DNA from: Myxococcales bacterium
GTDB taxonomy: Bacteria; Myxococcota_A; Polyangia; Polyangiales; DASUME01
Assembly (NCBI GenBank): GCA_047601445.1
Contig: JASGJH010000001.1
Location: 4,928,001-4,992,000 of the forward strand
Length of the DNA: 64,000 bases
Reading direction: 5' to 3'
Below, in pieces: positions 9,801 through 18,800 of this stretch. The position numbers and the translations under genes are program-made. The notes beneath the pieces are model-generated. The model saw only the letters and a program-made list of their open reading frames with translations, had not been told where the DNA came from and made no database searches. Numbering within the stretch: position 1 is the first letter of the stretch; each line of letters starts with the position of its first letter.

Positions 9801-10880
9801 CAGCTGCTGGACCAGCGACTGACTGCCGTGCTCGTTGGAGGCAAACGCCCGCAACGTCAGGAGTCCGCGTGTCTGGGCCAACACCGCGAGCTCGTTCAAG
9901 AGCCGGCTCTTACCAACCCCTGCTGCACCCTCGATCAACAAGGCCGCCCCGTGCGCGCCGTGGTTGCGCTCCACGAGCCCGCGCAAGCGCGAGGTGGCCT
10001 CGTGTCGACCGCACAGCTTGGAGCTCGAGATGTAGCCTTGGGCGACCTCGGCGCTGCCGTCCGACTCGAGCTGGGCGATGGCGTTCAGACGTTCGATGAC
10101 CTCCGCCGCGTTGAACGGACGCTTCACTGGATCGAGTGCGAGCAACGACATCACCAGGATGTCGAGCGACTCTGGCACGCTCGGCTCGAAGGCACGCACG
10201 CGCTCCACGGGCAGCGGCCACAGAGCCGGCAGATCGTCGAGCTTTTGGGCGGGATAAGCGTGCCTTCCGGTCAGCATCCAGTAGGCGAGCGCACCCAGTG
10301 AGAACAGGTCCGCGCGCTGATCGAGCATGCCGCACTCGGCGGCCTCCGGCGGCACGTAGGGCGCCGTTCCGGCCACGTCGCGCGGCACGCCGAAGGGCGT
10401 CATGGTGCCGAAGTCGAAGAGCTTGCAGCGTCCATCGGCCGTGCGCCGGATGTTGCGTGGGCTCAGGTCGCGGTGCAGCAGACGCTGCGCATGCAGGAGC
10501 GCCAGCGAGGAAGCCACGTCGCGCAGGTAGCGACAGGCCTCACGGTAGGGCACGCAACCGATCTCACGCAGGTCTTCTCCGTCGAGCAGCTCCATCGTGT
10601 AGAACGGCACGTCGGCGTGGACGCCGAACTCGTACACCTCGATGATGCGCGGATGCTTGAGGCGGGCGAGCGTGTGGTACTCGGCCGTAAAGTGCGCGAG
10701 GATCTGCTGACGCTTGGTGTGCTCGGCGCGCACGCGCTTGAGCGCGACGGTGTTCCCGGAGGCGCGGTCACGGGCCGCGAACACTTCTCCCATGCCGCCG
10801 CGAGAGAGCAGCGAGAGCAGTTCGTAGCGCCCCGCCACCACGACGGTCCCTTGCGAGACGGGTACAGACCTCGGGTCCAT
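6873..10880 (-). CDS. Ser/Thr protein kinase fused to an AAA ATPase domain and a helical C-terminal region
   Basis: Kinase motifs GGMGEV, VALKR, HRDLSPRN, DFG and GTAPYVPPE. P-loop GAAGVGKS, Walker B-like IVVDDLD, and 'ARGNPG'. Confidence 0.9.
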   Translation of the reverse strand: MDPRSVPVSQGTVVVAGRYELLSLLSRGGMGEVFAARDRASGNTVALKRVRAEHTKRQQILAHFTAEYHTLARLKHPRIIEVYEFGVHADVPFYTMELLDGEDLREIGCVPYREACRYLRDVASSLALLHAQRLLHRDLSPRNIRRTADGRCKLFDFGTMTPFGVPRDVAGTAPYVPPEAAECGMLDQRADLFSLGALAYWMLTGRHAYPAQKLDDLPALWPLPVERVRAFEPSVPESLDILVMSLLALDPVKRPFNAAEVIERLNAIAQLESDGSAEVAQGYISSSKLCGRHEATSRLRGLVERNHGAHGAALLIEGAAGVGKSRLLNELAVLAQTRGLLTLRAFASNEHGSQSLVQQLRRALVRALPSDSEQADLLASQPELKLPSARGQNPNLLGFELRAKEQARLNELFVQVARERPLLIVVDDLDRADEFSASLLAGLAYQARELPLFVVASVGADREPLARTALTAFESRADSLQIAPLDSTALRELVSNMVGDVPNLERLIDWLERGARGNPGLTIELIQLLVRRGLVRYVDGTWVLPDAEIRERIPRDLADTLTSRLEPLSDAARELADIVAVLGRDAALELCLLVSRTSHQQTMATLNELMAEGIFVGLRGGYAFAQEALRDAVLQHLDEPRARSIRKALGKALLSLPATLERRLEAGIHLVQSDDELRGAELIAEASASLIREGRAWGAAIPAMESALEVFERRGAPLRKSLALRQQLVLCGYLFDYRLGLKYGEETVRQIADLAGFPLFLRFVRLFGNRLGLWLAVVCAVLRQPFGALTRSAPNIYTLLVLFGRSVMGLMGVRATSLDRAGAQRLVELVKPFGMLSYSGLQSVNLACQAFALQPQGREAELATAVQTALAALERPGIGMSEVDRVDLKVGLLLAGGINECYRMGSQALARADELEKLGTRLAQASAHRLRMTYYLVRGDRDRTEHHRKQIELHGIQGGTTWQVEWFAVPIEGMASTRYGDLVGARRALTRLRELASELPSLEPLRDMVSIGYLARRGELQAAIEQGERFLAQYPPHSVIGWGNAYADLAGAYNGLQQYARAREICELGLSALSEADQEYMIMYGPLDLERSVAMVGLGEIEAAYDLESRWKKKLEETNELGALVMLHEKRVVAAVLAQDQDELKLSLRALSESAEQTECSSLIAHAAHVTQQYEGRSQSFRLDPDTAQNEMGTEETTVDGPRRQSSPVQRLLSELRKMMEADAAHVYEDDSGMPSAMAGKGGELPAQILDVVDKVMRLRPGSGIVPVGAHSQTSEEVRTLATRGFLLKPVQVGSRVAVVVIAHPEAPWGYDSVLEEIGMLLAQRELETHHSARG

Positions 10881-11079
10881 CTAGGATGCAGTTTTCCATA
10901 GTTTTGCAGCAAACAGAAGCGGCTGGGCCAGACGCCCACATGTGATCCGGGCGGCGCGCGGTCCCGCGATCGCGGCCGGCGACGACACGTGCTCCAGCGC
11001 GCGCACAGGCAGTCGGCGAAGATCGGCGTCGTGTGATTTCGCGCGCTGTTCGCCGCAGCACAACAAGCGCGATTACCCG

Positions 11080-12579
11080 CTAGCTATGCAGCCAGCCCGA
11101 GAGCCAACTTGGGGTGAAGCGCGCGAGGGCGGCCAATGCACCGATCATCACGGCGCACATCAAGCTGATGCGATCACGCAGTGCGAAACGCACCGGATCG
11201 TCTTGCATCTCACCCCGACCGGCCAAGATCCAGACTCGGCTCACCCAGTAGAGAAGGACGGGTACCAAGAGCCAGAGCAGCCGCGGCTCCCGATAGGCGC
11301 CGGGATGGGTGCCGTTCTCCACGTAAAGCGTGAACACGAGTGCCGCCAAGTAGCCGCTCGCGATGCCCATGCTGGCCACGTTCTGCAAGTCGACCTGGTA
11401 GTACGCGCGGTTCTTGATCCTGCCGCCGACGGCGAGGGGCAGAATCTCCACGTAGCGCTTGGCGAAGGCAAGGCTGAGGAAGAAGAAGAGCGAGAAGCCG
11501 AGCAACCAGGCGCTGATGGGCACGGCGGTCGCGATGCCACCCGACAAGATGCGGTGCGTGTACAGACCGGCCAGGGTCACCACGTCGAGCAAGAGCTTGC
11601 GCTTGAGCTCGAGTGAATAGGCCATGGTCCCCACGAAGTAGAGGCCGAGCATCAAGGTGAAGCTCAAGGGCAAGAGGCCAAGAGAGATGCCGAAGCTGAC
11701 GGCGAGTAGCACGGCGAGCAGCGGTGGGCCGAGCACCACGGGCAGCGCGCCGGAGGCGAAGGGGCGTTGCTTCTTGGTGCCATGCTGACGGTCGGCGCTG
11801 AGATCGAGCAGGTCGTTGATGACGTAGCCAGCCGAAGCACACAGCGAGAAGGCGAGCGCCGCCAACAGACCTCTCGCGACGGTGTCGGGCGTGGGCACGC
11901 GCGGAGAGGCCGCCAGAGGCAAGAGCACGAGGGCGTTCTTGGCCCACTGATGCACGCGCAGTTCACGAAACATGGCGGCAGCCAAGCTCGGGCGCCGCGA
12001 GAGCACGGTGACCTTCTTGGAGCGGGACGCACGCGCCGCCACGCCCGGGCTCGCATTGATCAAAAAGCCTTGCCCGGCGCTTTCGAAGATCGGCAGGTCC
12101 GCCCGCGAGTCCCCCACGTAGTCGAAGCCGCCTTCACCGAAAGCCTCAATCAGGCGCTGCTTCTTGCGCTCCGCCTTGAGGTTCTCTCCGCCATCGCTCG
12201 AGAACACCTCGTCGAACAGCTCCACGTGGGCGGCCACGCTCTGAGCCACGTGGCGATCGGCGGCGGTGGCAAGCACCACCTTGCGCCCGGCTTGCCGGGT
12301 GGCCCGCAGCGCGTTCACGAGCCCCTCGCGATAGGGCAGTGCGGCGGCGTCGATGGAGATATGGGACGAGATCTTGCGCTTGAAGCCGGCCCGCCCGCTC
12401 AACATCCAGAAGGGCACGAGCAGTGCGAGCCAAGGTCGCTGCCGCAGCATGCCCACCACGCCCTCCCAAAGCGTGTCCGTCCCAACCAGGGTGCCGTCGA
12501 GGTCTACGCACAGCGGGCGGCCCTGCGCACTCTGCTCGAGAAAAGGGTAACTACTGGCAGCCAAATCCGCCTGGGACAT
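11080..12579 (-). CDS. UbiA-family prenyltransferase with an N-terminal HAD-like domain (phosphoribosyltransferase type)
   Basis: HAD motifs VDLDGTL and YVGDSRAD, then 'HQWAKN', 'YVINDLLDLSADRQH..K..RPFASG', many TM helices and 'DDPVRFAL'. Start is approximate. Confidence 0.88.
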   Translation of the reverse strand: MSQADLAASSYPFLEQSAQGRPLCVDLDGTLVGTDTLWEGVVGMLRQRPWLALLVPFWMLSGRAGFKRKISSHISIDAAALPYREGLVNALRATRQAGRKVVLATAADRHVAQSVAAHVELFDEVFSSDGGENLKAERKKQRLIEAFGEGGFDYVGDSRADLPIFESAGQGFLINASPGVAARASRSKKVTVLSRRPSLAAAMFRELRVHQWAKNALVLLPLAASPRVPTPDTVARGLLAALAFSLCASAGYVINDLLDLSADRQHGTKKQRPFASGALPVVLGPPLLAVLLAVSFGISLGLLPLSFTLMLGLYFVGTMAYSLELKRKLLLDVVTLAGLYTHRILSGGIATAVPISAWLLGFSLFFFLSLAFAKRYVEILPLAVGGRIKNRAYYQVDLQNVASMGIASGYLAALVFTLYVENGTHPGAYREPRLLWLLVPVLLYWVSRVWILAGRGEMQDDPVRFALRDRISLMCAVMIGALAALARFTPSWLSGWLHS

Positions 12580-12722
12580 GCCGCGCGAGCGTAGTCCATT
12601 CCCCGAATTTGGGCTAGCCATCCCCTTGCATCCTCGACTCGGGTACGAAGGCTCGATTGCCTCACAACTGCGCATGCCGAAGCGCGAAAACCGAGCGACT
12701 CCCTTGCGCAGTTTCGCGTGTG

Positions 12723-13637
12723 ATGACCACACTGCGTTGGGGGACCATGACCGGCTCACGGTGGACGCCCGTGATCAACACCGGCGCGCTGCGCCGAGGC
12801 GCCTGGGCGAGCGCGCTTGCGCTGAGCGTCACGCTGGCGCTGGCCGTGCTCGACTACACAGGCGGCCGCGAGCTGAACCTCGAGCCTCTCTACCTGCTGC
12901 CGGTCAGCGTGGCAGCCTGGTATGCGGGGGTCATCCCGGCTGCCTTGATCGCCGCGGTGAGCGCCGTGTCGTCCCAGCTCGCCAACGAGGCTGCGGGGCT
13001 CGTGTACCTCCAGCCCGAGCTGCGGCTCACCAACATGGCGATGCAGCTCCTGGTAGGCACCACGGTGGGTCTCTTGATCGGCCACTCGAAGCATCGCTTC
13101 GCGCTGGTGGAGTGGTCCTCGCGTCACGATGCCCTGACGGGTCTGCACAACGCTCGCGCCTTCTACGAGCGTGCCGACGAGGAGCTCGAGCGGGCGCGCC
13201 GCTACCGCAAGCCCCTCACCGCGGCGTACATCGACCTCGACAACTTCAAGACGCTCAACGACCGGCACGGACATCACGCCGGCGACACTGCGCTGCGTAC
13301 CGTGGCCAACCTGCTGCGGCGCACGGCGCGCGCCAGCGACGTCACGGCACGCCTGGGCGGTGACGAGTTCGCCATCCTGATGCCCGAGACCGATGCCGAG
13401 GGCGCACGTGCAGTACTCGAACGCCTGCGCAGCGAGCTCGAGCGCTCGCTCGCGGACTGTTCGGAGTTGGTGAGCGCGAGCATCGGTGCCGTCTCCTTCG
13501 TGGAACTACCGGACTCGGTGGAGCAGCTCATGAGCGCGGCCGATCACCGCATGTACGCGGTGAAACGCGCGGGCAAGAACCTGGTGCGGGTCGATCAATT
13601 CGAGCGCGAAGGCAGCTCTCCCACCCGCTCAGCGTGA
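12723..13637 (+). CDS. Membrane-anchored GGDEF diguanylate cyclase
   Basis: About four N-terminal TM segments, then DALTGLHN, IDLDNFK, RASD (RxxD I-site) and intact GGDEF. Start uncertain. Confidence 0.9.
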   Translation: MTTLRWGTMTGSRWTPVINTGALRRGAWASALALSVTLALAVLDYTGGRELNLEPLYLLPVSVAAWYAGVIPAALIAAVSAVSSQLANEAAGLVYLQPELRLTNMAMQLLVGTTVGLLIGHSKHRFALVEWSSRHDALTGLHNARAFYERADEELERARRYRKPLTAAYIDLDNFKTLNDRHGHHAGDTALRTVANLLRRTARASDVTARLGGDEFAILMPETDAEGARAVLERLRSELERSLADCSELVSASIGAVSFVELPDSVEQLMSAADHRMYAVKRAGKNLVRVDQFEREGSSPTRSA

Positions 13638-13788
13638 CATTCGCGCGCAGCACACTCGCCGCGTAGCGCGTGCGTCCATGAACGCGGCCGTGCCGCCGTG
13701 GGTCGATGCGTGTGCATTCCGCAGCGAAGTTCGGCTCGTGCGCAGCAAGACGTTGAACGCCCCCCGTCAAGCCGGCAACTTCAACGGG

Positions 13789-14069
13789 GAGGTCACGCGA
13801 CCTCCCCGCCCGCTGCGGCAAAGCCGCAACGGGACCCACCCCTCCGCGAGGTTCGCTTCGCTCACGTAGTGCGCCCCCTTTTGCCACGTATGAGGTCACG
13901 AGACCTCCCCGCCCGCTGCGGCAAAGCCGCAACGGGACCCACCCCTCCGCGAGGTTCGCTTCGCTCACGTAGTGCGCCCCCTTTTGCCACGTATGAGGTC
14001 ACGAGACCTCCCCGCCCGCTGCGGCAAAGCCGCAACGGGACCCACCCCTCCGCGAGGTTCGCTTCGCTC
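13789..14069 (+). repeat. 103-bp tandem repeat, about 2.7 copies (75-bp structured core x3 plus identical 28-bp linker x2)
   Basis: The core GAGGTCACG(C/A)GACCTCCCC...GCGAGGTTCGCTTCGCTC starts at 13789, 13892 and 13995. The linker ACGTAGTGCGCCCCCTTTTGCCACGTAT is identical in both gaps. Confidence 0.97.
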
Positions 14070-14151
14070 GAAAATGCCTGGTTTCGAGGGTCCTGGAGGC
14101 CCCTGAATGGCAACTATCGTTCATCCGTGATGGATGGAGTGAGGAACTCCC

Positions 14152-15273
14152 ATGAGTGCTACCCCCGTAAGCCTCCTTTCCTCGATGCCCGATCTGGCCG
14201 GGCTCGCACGCCGCCGCTCGTGGGTGGATGCCGTGCGCGGCCTGGGCATCTTGCTGGTCGTCGTGGGCCACGTGTTGCGCGGTCTGATGGCGTCACATCT
14301 GTTGCCCGAAGCTCCGCCGTGGACCTTCCTGGATCGCTTCATCTACGCGTTCCACATGCCGCTGTTCTTCTTCGTGGCGGGCCTGTTCCTGATGCCCGCG
14401 TCGGACGAGCGCTACGCCGACTTCGCGCACCGACGTCTGGTGCGGCTCGGCTACCCGTACCTCGTGTGGGCGAGCCTGCAGACGCTCTCGCAAATCATGC
14501 TCTCGCGCTACACCAACCATCCGGTAGGCGTGGCCGACTTCCTGAAGCTCGGCTTCCACCCTCAGATGCAGTTCTGGTTCTTGTACGCCCTGTTTCTGCA
14601 GGCGCTCTTCCTGGGCCTGTTGGCCAAGCTCGGCCTCGGCCGCGGCGGCATCTTGACCGTGTGCGCGATCGTGTTCGCCAGCATGCACGTGCTGCCGAGT
14701 GGTCACTGGTACCCGCTGAACCAGGCGCGCACTTACCTGATCTACACGGCGATCGGCGTCTACCTGGGCGCGCCCGATCGCATCGTGACGCCCGAGGAGC
14801 GTCATCCCGTGGTCTACCTGGGCGCGGCCGGCCTCGGCTACGTACTGGTCGCGCTGGCGGTCTGGGAACAGCCGATCCCTGCGCAGGATTCCTTGGGGGT
14901 CTTCCTGGTCGCGGCCGTGGGCAGCCTCGCGAGCATCTGCTTGTGTGCCTTCCTGGCCGGATGCCGGGGCCAAGCGGCCCAGGGGGTCACTCTGACCTTG
15001 AAGAGCTGGGGCGAGGCCTCGCTGGCCATCTTCGTGGCGCATACGCTGGCGTCGGCGGCGACGCGCATCGGGCTCGAAAAGGCCCTGCATACGCGGAGCA
15101 TCGCGGTGCATCTGGGGCTCGGCACGCTCGTCGGACTGGGGCTGCCCTGGGGGCTCTACGCGCTGACCCGGCGCTACCACATCCCCTACGTGTTCGAGTG
15201 GCCTAGCGCCCGCAAACAGGCCCGCCCGTCGCTGGTGGAGGAGTCCAACCTTCCGGGCAGCCCGGCTCACTGA
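14152..15273 (+). CDS. Acyltransferase family 3 (AT3) membrane protein
   Basis: 'RSWVDAVRGLGILLVVVGH', 'FHMPLFFFVAG', 'RLGYPY', 'WFLYALF'; about ten TM helices. Confidence 0.9.
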   Translation: MSATPVSLLSSMPDLAGLARRRSWVDAVRGLGILLVVVGHVLRGLMASHLLPEAPPWTFLDRFIYAFHMPLFFFVAGLFLMPASDERYADFAHRRLVRLGYPYLVWASLQTLSQIMLSRYTNHPVGVADFLKLGFHPQMQFWFLYALFLQALFLGLLAKLGLGRGGILTVCAIVFASMHVLPSGHWYPLNQARTYLIYTAIGVYLGAPDRIVTPEERHPVVYLGAAGLGYVLVALAVWEQPIPAQDSLGVFLVAAVGSLASICLCAFLAGCRGQAAQGVTLTLKSWGEASLAIFVAHTLASAATRIGLEKALHTRSIAVHLGLGTLVGLGLPWGLYALTRRYHIPYVFEWPSARKQARPSLVEESNLPGSPAH

Positions 15274-15292
15274 GACACACTAAGCTCGCGAC

Positions 15293-15799
15293 ATGGACAC
15301 CCAGCTGCTCAATGACGTGGCGGGCGCCACGGACGTCCTCGCCGCGATGATCACGCCGGCCCTGTTGATCTCGGCCAGCGGTACCTTGGTGCTCTCCACT
15401 TCGAACCGCCTGAGCCGCGTGGTCGACCGGGTGCGCGTGCTGACGCGCGACGCGGAGAACCTGGAAGACGCACCGCACGACAAGCGCACCGACGAGAAGC
15501 GCTTCTTGATCGCGAATCAGCTCACCGCCCTGACCAAACGCGCCCTGCTGCTACGCACTGCGCTGGCGGCGCTCTACTCGGCGATCGGCCTGCTGGTGGC
15601 CACCAGCGTGAGCGCCGGCGTGCTGACAATGCTGAAGCTGCGCTGGGTGCTGCCCCCCACGCTGCTCGCGATCAGCGGCTCGTGCGCCCTGCTCTGGGGC
15701 AGCCTGCTGTTGGTGCGCGAGGGGCGACTGGCCATCGGCTCGACACTCGGCGAGATGAGCTATGTGCGCGAGATCATCCACCGCAACGAGCCCCACTAG
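15293..15799 (+). CDS. DUF2721-like small membrane protein
   Basis: 'AMITPALLISASG.L..STSNRLSRVVDR.R' pattern and three hydrophobic helices. Confidence 0.75.
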   Translation: MDTQLLNDVAGATDVLAAMITPALLISASGTLVLSTSNRLSRVVDRVRVLTRDAENLEDAPHDKRTDEKRFLIANQLTALTKRALLLRTALAALYSAIGLLVATSVSAGVLTMLKLRWVLPPTLLAISGSCALLWGSLLLVREGRLAIGSTLGEMSYVREIIHRNEPH

Positions 15800-15805
15800 A
15801 CGAAC

Positions 15806-18800
15806 TCAAGGCAGCGAGACGACGAGCTCGCTGGACTCGGCCTGGTCCACCGCGCGGCAGTACTCGGCAAACTCAGGATAGGCGGCGGGCGCCACGCGAC
15901 CGGCCGGCAAGCGCAGGCTGCGGGTGAGCTCCACGCTGTCACCGGTCTGCTTGCTGGAGGACACGAAGCGGGCCTGCAGTGGATGCTCGAGCGTGGTGGT
16001 TTTGGGCGCGGAGATGAGCTTGGTGCCAGCGGGCAGGTTGAAGCGCACCTTGATGTCCGTGGCCTGCGGGGGCGCCACCAGCATGCTGGTGGTGCGGCTG
16101 CTGACCCGTGCGAACTGGGCGGCCAGCTGATTGGGCAACAGCGGGGGCACGCGCAGCTCGTGATCGGTGCGGTGACCCAGCACGTCGACGTCGAGCTGAT
16201 AGTCGATGATCAGGGGCTTCTCGGGTTCGTCGCGCGACTCGATGCTCAGCTTCTTGAGGCGAGCGCCAGGAATGACGCTCGAGAGATAGCTCTCCTCGAA
16301 GCGCGCCTCGAGCTCGGCCGCCGGGATCTCGTCGAGATCGTTACGCCAGCCCACCGCGCCTTGCCCGTGCAGAGCCTCGCGGACATGCACCGCGGCCGAG
16401 CCGGACTTGTCGAGCTGCACGTCCACGGCCACATCGCGCAGGTCCTGCGTCAGTTCACCGCGAGGCGTGGTCACGCGCTCCGCCTGGGCATTGAGCACGA
16501 GGCCGAGTTCACCCCGCACCTGGGGGGGTAGGTAGCCGAAGGGCGCGTGACGCGCCGCCGCGTGCAACCACACTGGGCCCTTCTCGGTCTGGGCCCGCAG
16601 CAGCAGGTAGCCGTAGGTCTCGAGGTCGGGCAAACGCGCGTCGCTGTGATCGGCCTCGATGCCGCGCACCAACACGAGGTCGCTCGGGACATCGGCCAGT
16701 GCCAGCAGGTACTTGAGGATGCGCTCGCGGTGACCGGTGCGCGCCGCGAGCATGGCCGGAGCGAGACCGAACACCTCGTCGGTGGGCTCGATCTGATCGG
16801 TGACCCAGCGATAGATCTTGGCGGCCTTCACGGAGGCGGGCGCGTTCGTCTGGTCGCGCTGGTCGCCAAGGATGGCGACCAGCGCCTGCTTGGCAGCGGG
16901 GTCGACCACGTCCTTGTCGGACAGCAGGTCGCGCAAGCTCTCCACGTAGGCTTCCCAGCTCACCTTCACGCCGAGGTTGATGGAGGGCAAGAACTCGCGT
17001 GAGGCCACGCTCATGGGCTCGGGCTTCAGGGGACGACTCTGGTCAGCGTACCAGCGCAGCACCTTGAGACCACTCTTGGTCTCCACCACCGTCTTGGGCG
17101 CGGGTCCCCGCGGATCGAGCACGGGCTCGAGCCCAGCGGGCGTCACCACCACCAGCTCCGTGTGGTCAAAGGGCACCTCGAAGCTCTTGAAGTAGAAGCG
17201 ATTGCCGAGGTACCCGCCGGGGAAGCCCACCGAGGGGGACTCGCCTCGCACGGTCTCGAACTCCACGTAGTCGCCAGGCGCGAGGTTCGGCAACGAGAGG
17301 CTGGTCTTGCCGGCGATGGCGTCGGGCTCGAGGCGGGTGCCGTCGGCCTTGACGGTGTGCAGGGTGAGCAGACGAGCGCCCTCGGGGATGCTGAACTCGC
17401 CGTTCTCGTCGACCGCCTCCTGGCTCTGCACACGCATGATGTTGTGCGTGAGCTCCACGCTGGAGCCGTCTTCGAACAGGCGGACCACGGTGTAGTCCAG
17501 CACCAGCACCTGAGGTTCCTGATAGTTCTGGCCGGACTTCTCGAAGGCCGCGATGACCTCGGCGCCGTTCTTGCGATAGTCCGCGAACATCGACTCGCCG
17601 CCGAGCGCCTCGTGCACGCGCCGCACGTCGTAGAGCTCGTTGGGATGCTTGCCGAGCGATGCGCCGAGGTACTCGACGGCTGCCTTTTTCTGTTGATCGG
17701 AGAACAGCATGTCCGCGCGGTCGAGAACGGGACCGGGGCGGTCTTCCCACAGCTTGCTGCGGGCCTCGCGCAGGGCGCGCGCGCGCGCCACGTCGCCCAG
17801 CACCTGAGCGCGCTCGAGCTCGCTCTCGATGCGCTGGGATTCGTCGAGCGGGTCGGCCAAGCTGGAAAGGCGCGTCAGCTCGTCGGCGGCTTCGCTGTAC
17901 TTGCGCTGGGCCTTGAGCACGGAGAAACGTGCGGTGGACGTGGCATCGCAGGCGATCATCCGCTCGCTGAGAGCGGCGACTTGGTCGATGCGCCCGCGCG
18001 CCCGCGCCGATGCCAGCGCGATACCGGTCACCGCGCAGGCGTTGGGCAGGCGCCGCTCGAGCTCCTGCACGCGCAAGTCGGCCTCTTCGGTGTAGCCGCG
18101 CTCGCGCAGCTGCTCGATGAGACTCGTGCGGATGACGATCACCTCGGGCCACTGCTCCTGGGCCGCCCGCAGCGAGTCGATGGCTTCCTTGACGCGCCCT
18201 TCGGCGGCCTCGAGGTTGGCGAGGCCCACGCTGGGATACCAGGCGAAGCCGTTCTGACGCCCGGCGCGACGCAACAGCTCGCGCGCGGTGTCGCGCCGCA
18301 GCTCCGCGGGACGCAGCGGGTCGGACACGGCGGCCGCCGCCGAGAGCACGAGCCAATGCGCGCTCGGCTTCTCCTGGGACAGCGCACGCAAGTACTCACG
18401 CGCCAACACGCCATTGCCACGTGCGAGCGCGACCTTGGCGTCGAGATAGCGGGTGAATGCGTCGTTCGGCTCCGGCAGCACCACGTCGGCCGCCTCCTCC
18501 TTGGTACCCGGCGTGAGCGCCAGCGAGACCACGGGGTTGGGGTGCCGCGAGCTGAGCTTCACCTTGAGCTCGTGCTTGCCCGCCGTGAGCTCGAGCGGAA
18601 GGAAGCGCACACCGAAGGCCGGCTGCGCGCGCAGGTCGATGCGCTCGATTTCCTTGCCGTCGAGCCACGCCATCACGCTGTTGGGAGACTCGAGGCGCAG
18701 CGCATAGGCGCCTGCCTTGGCCACGTCGAGTTCGGTCCGCAGATAGCTCGTGCCAGCCCGTGGATTGTGAGCACCACGGCCAGCGCCGAGCACACAGCGC

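Noticed and set aside
13789..14069. CRISPR array
   Set aside because: The repeat is 75 bp, both 28-bp spacers are identical and there are no cas genes in the window. This is a tandem duplication.
13698..15206. 502-aa ORF and other ORFs crossing the tandem repeat
   Set aside because: They translate the repeat in shifting frames and overlap the well-supported AT3 gene out of frame.
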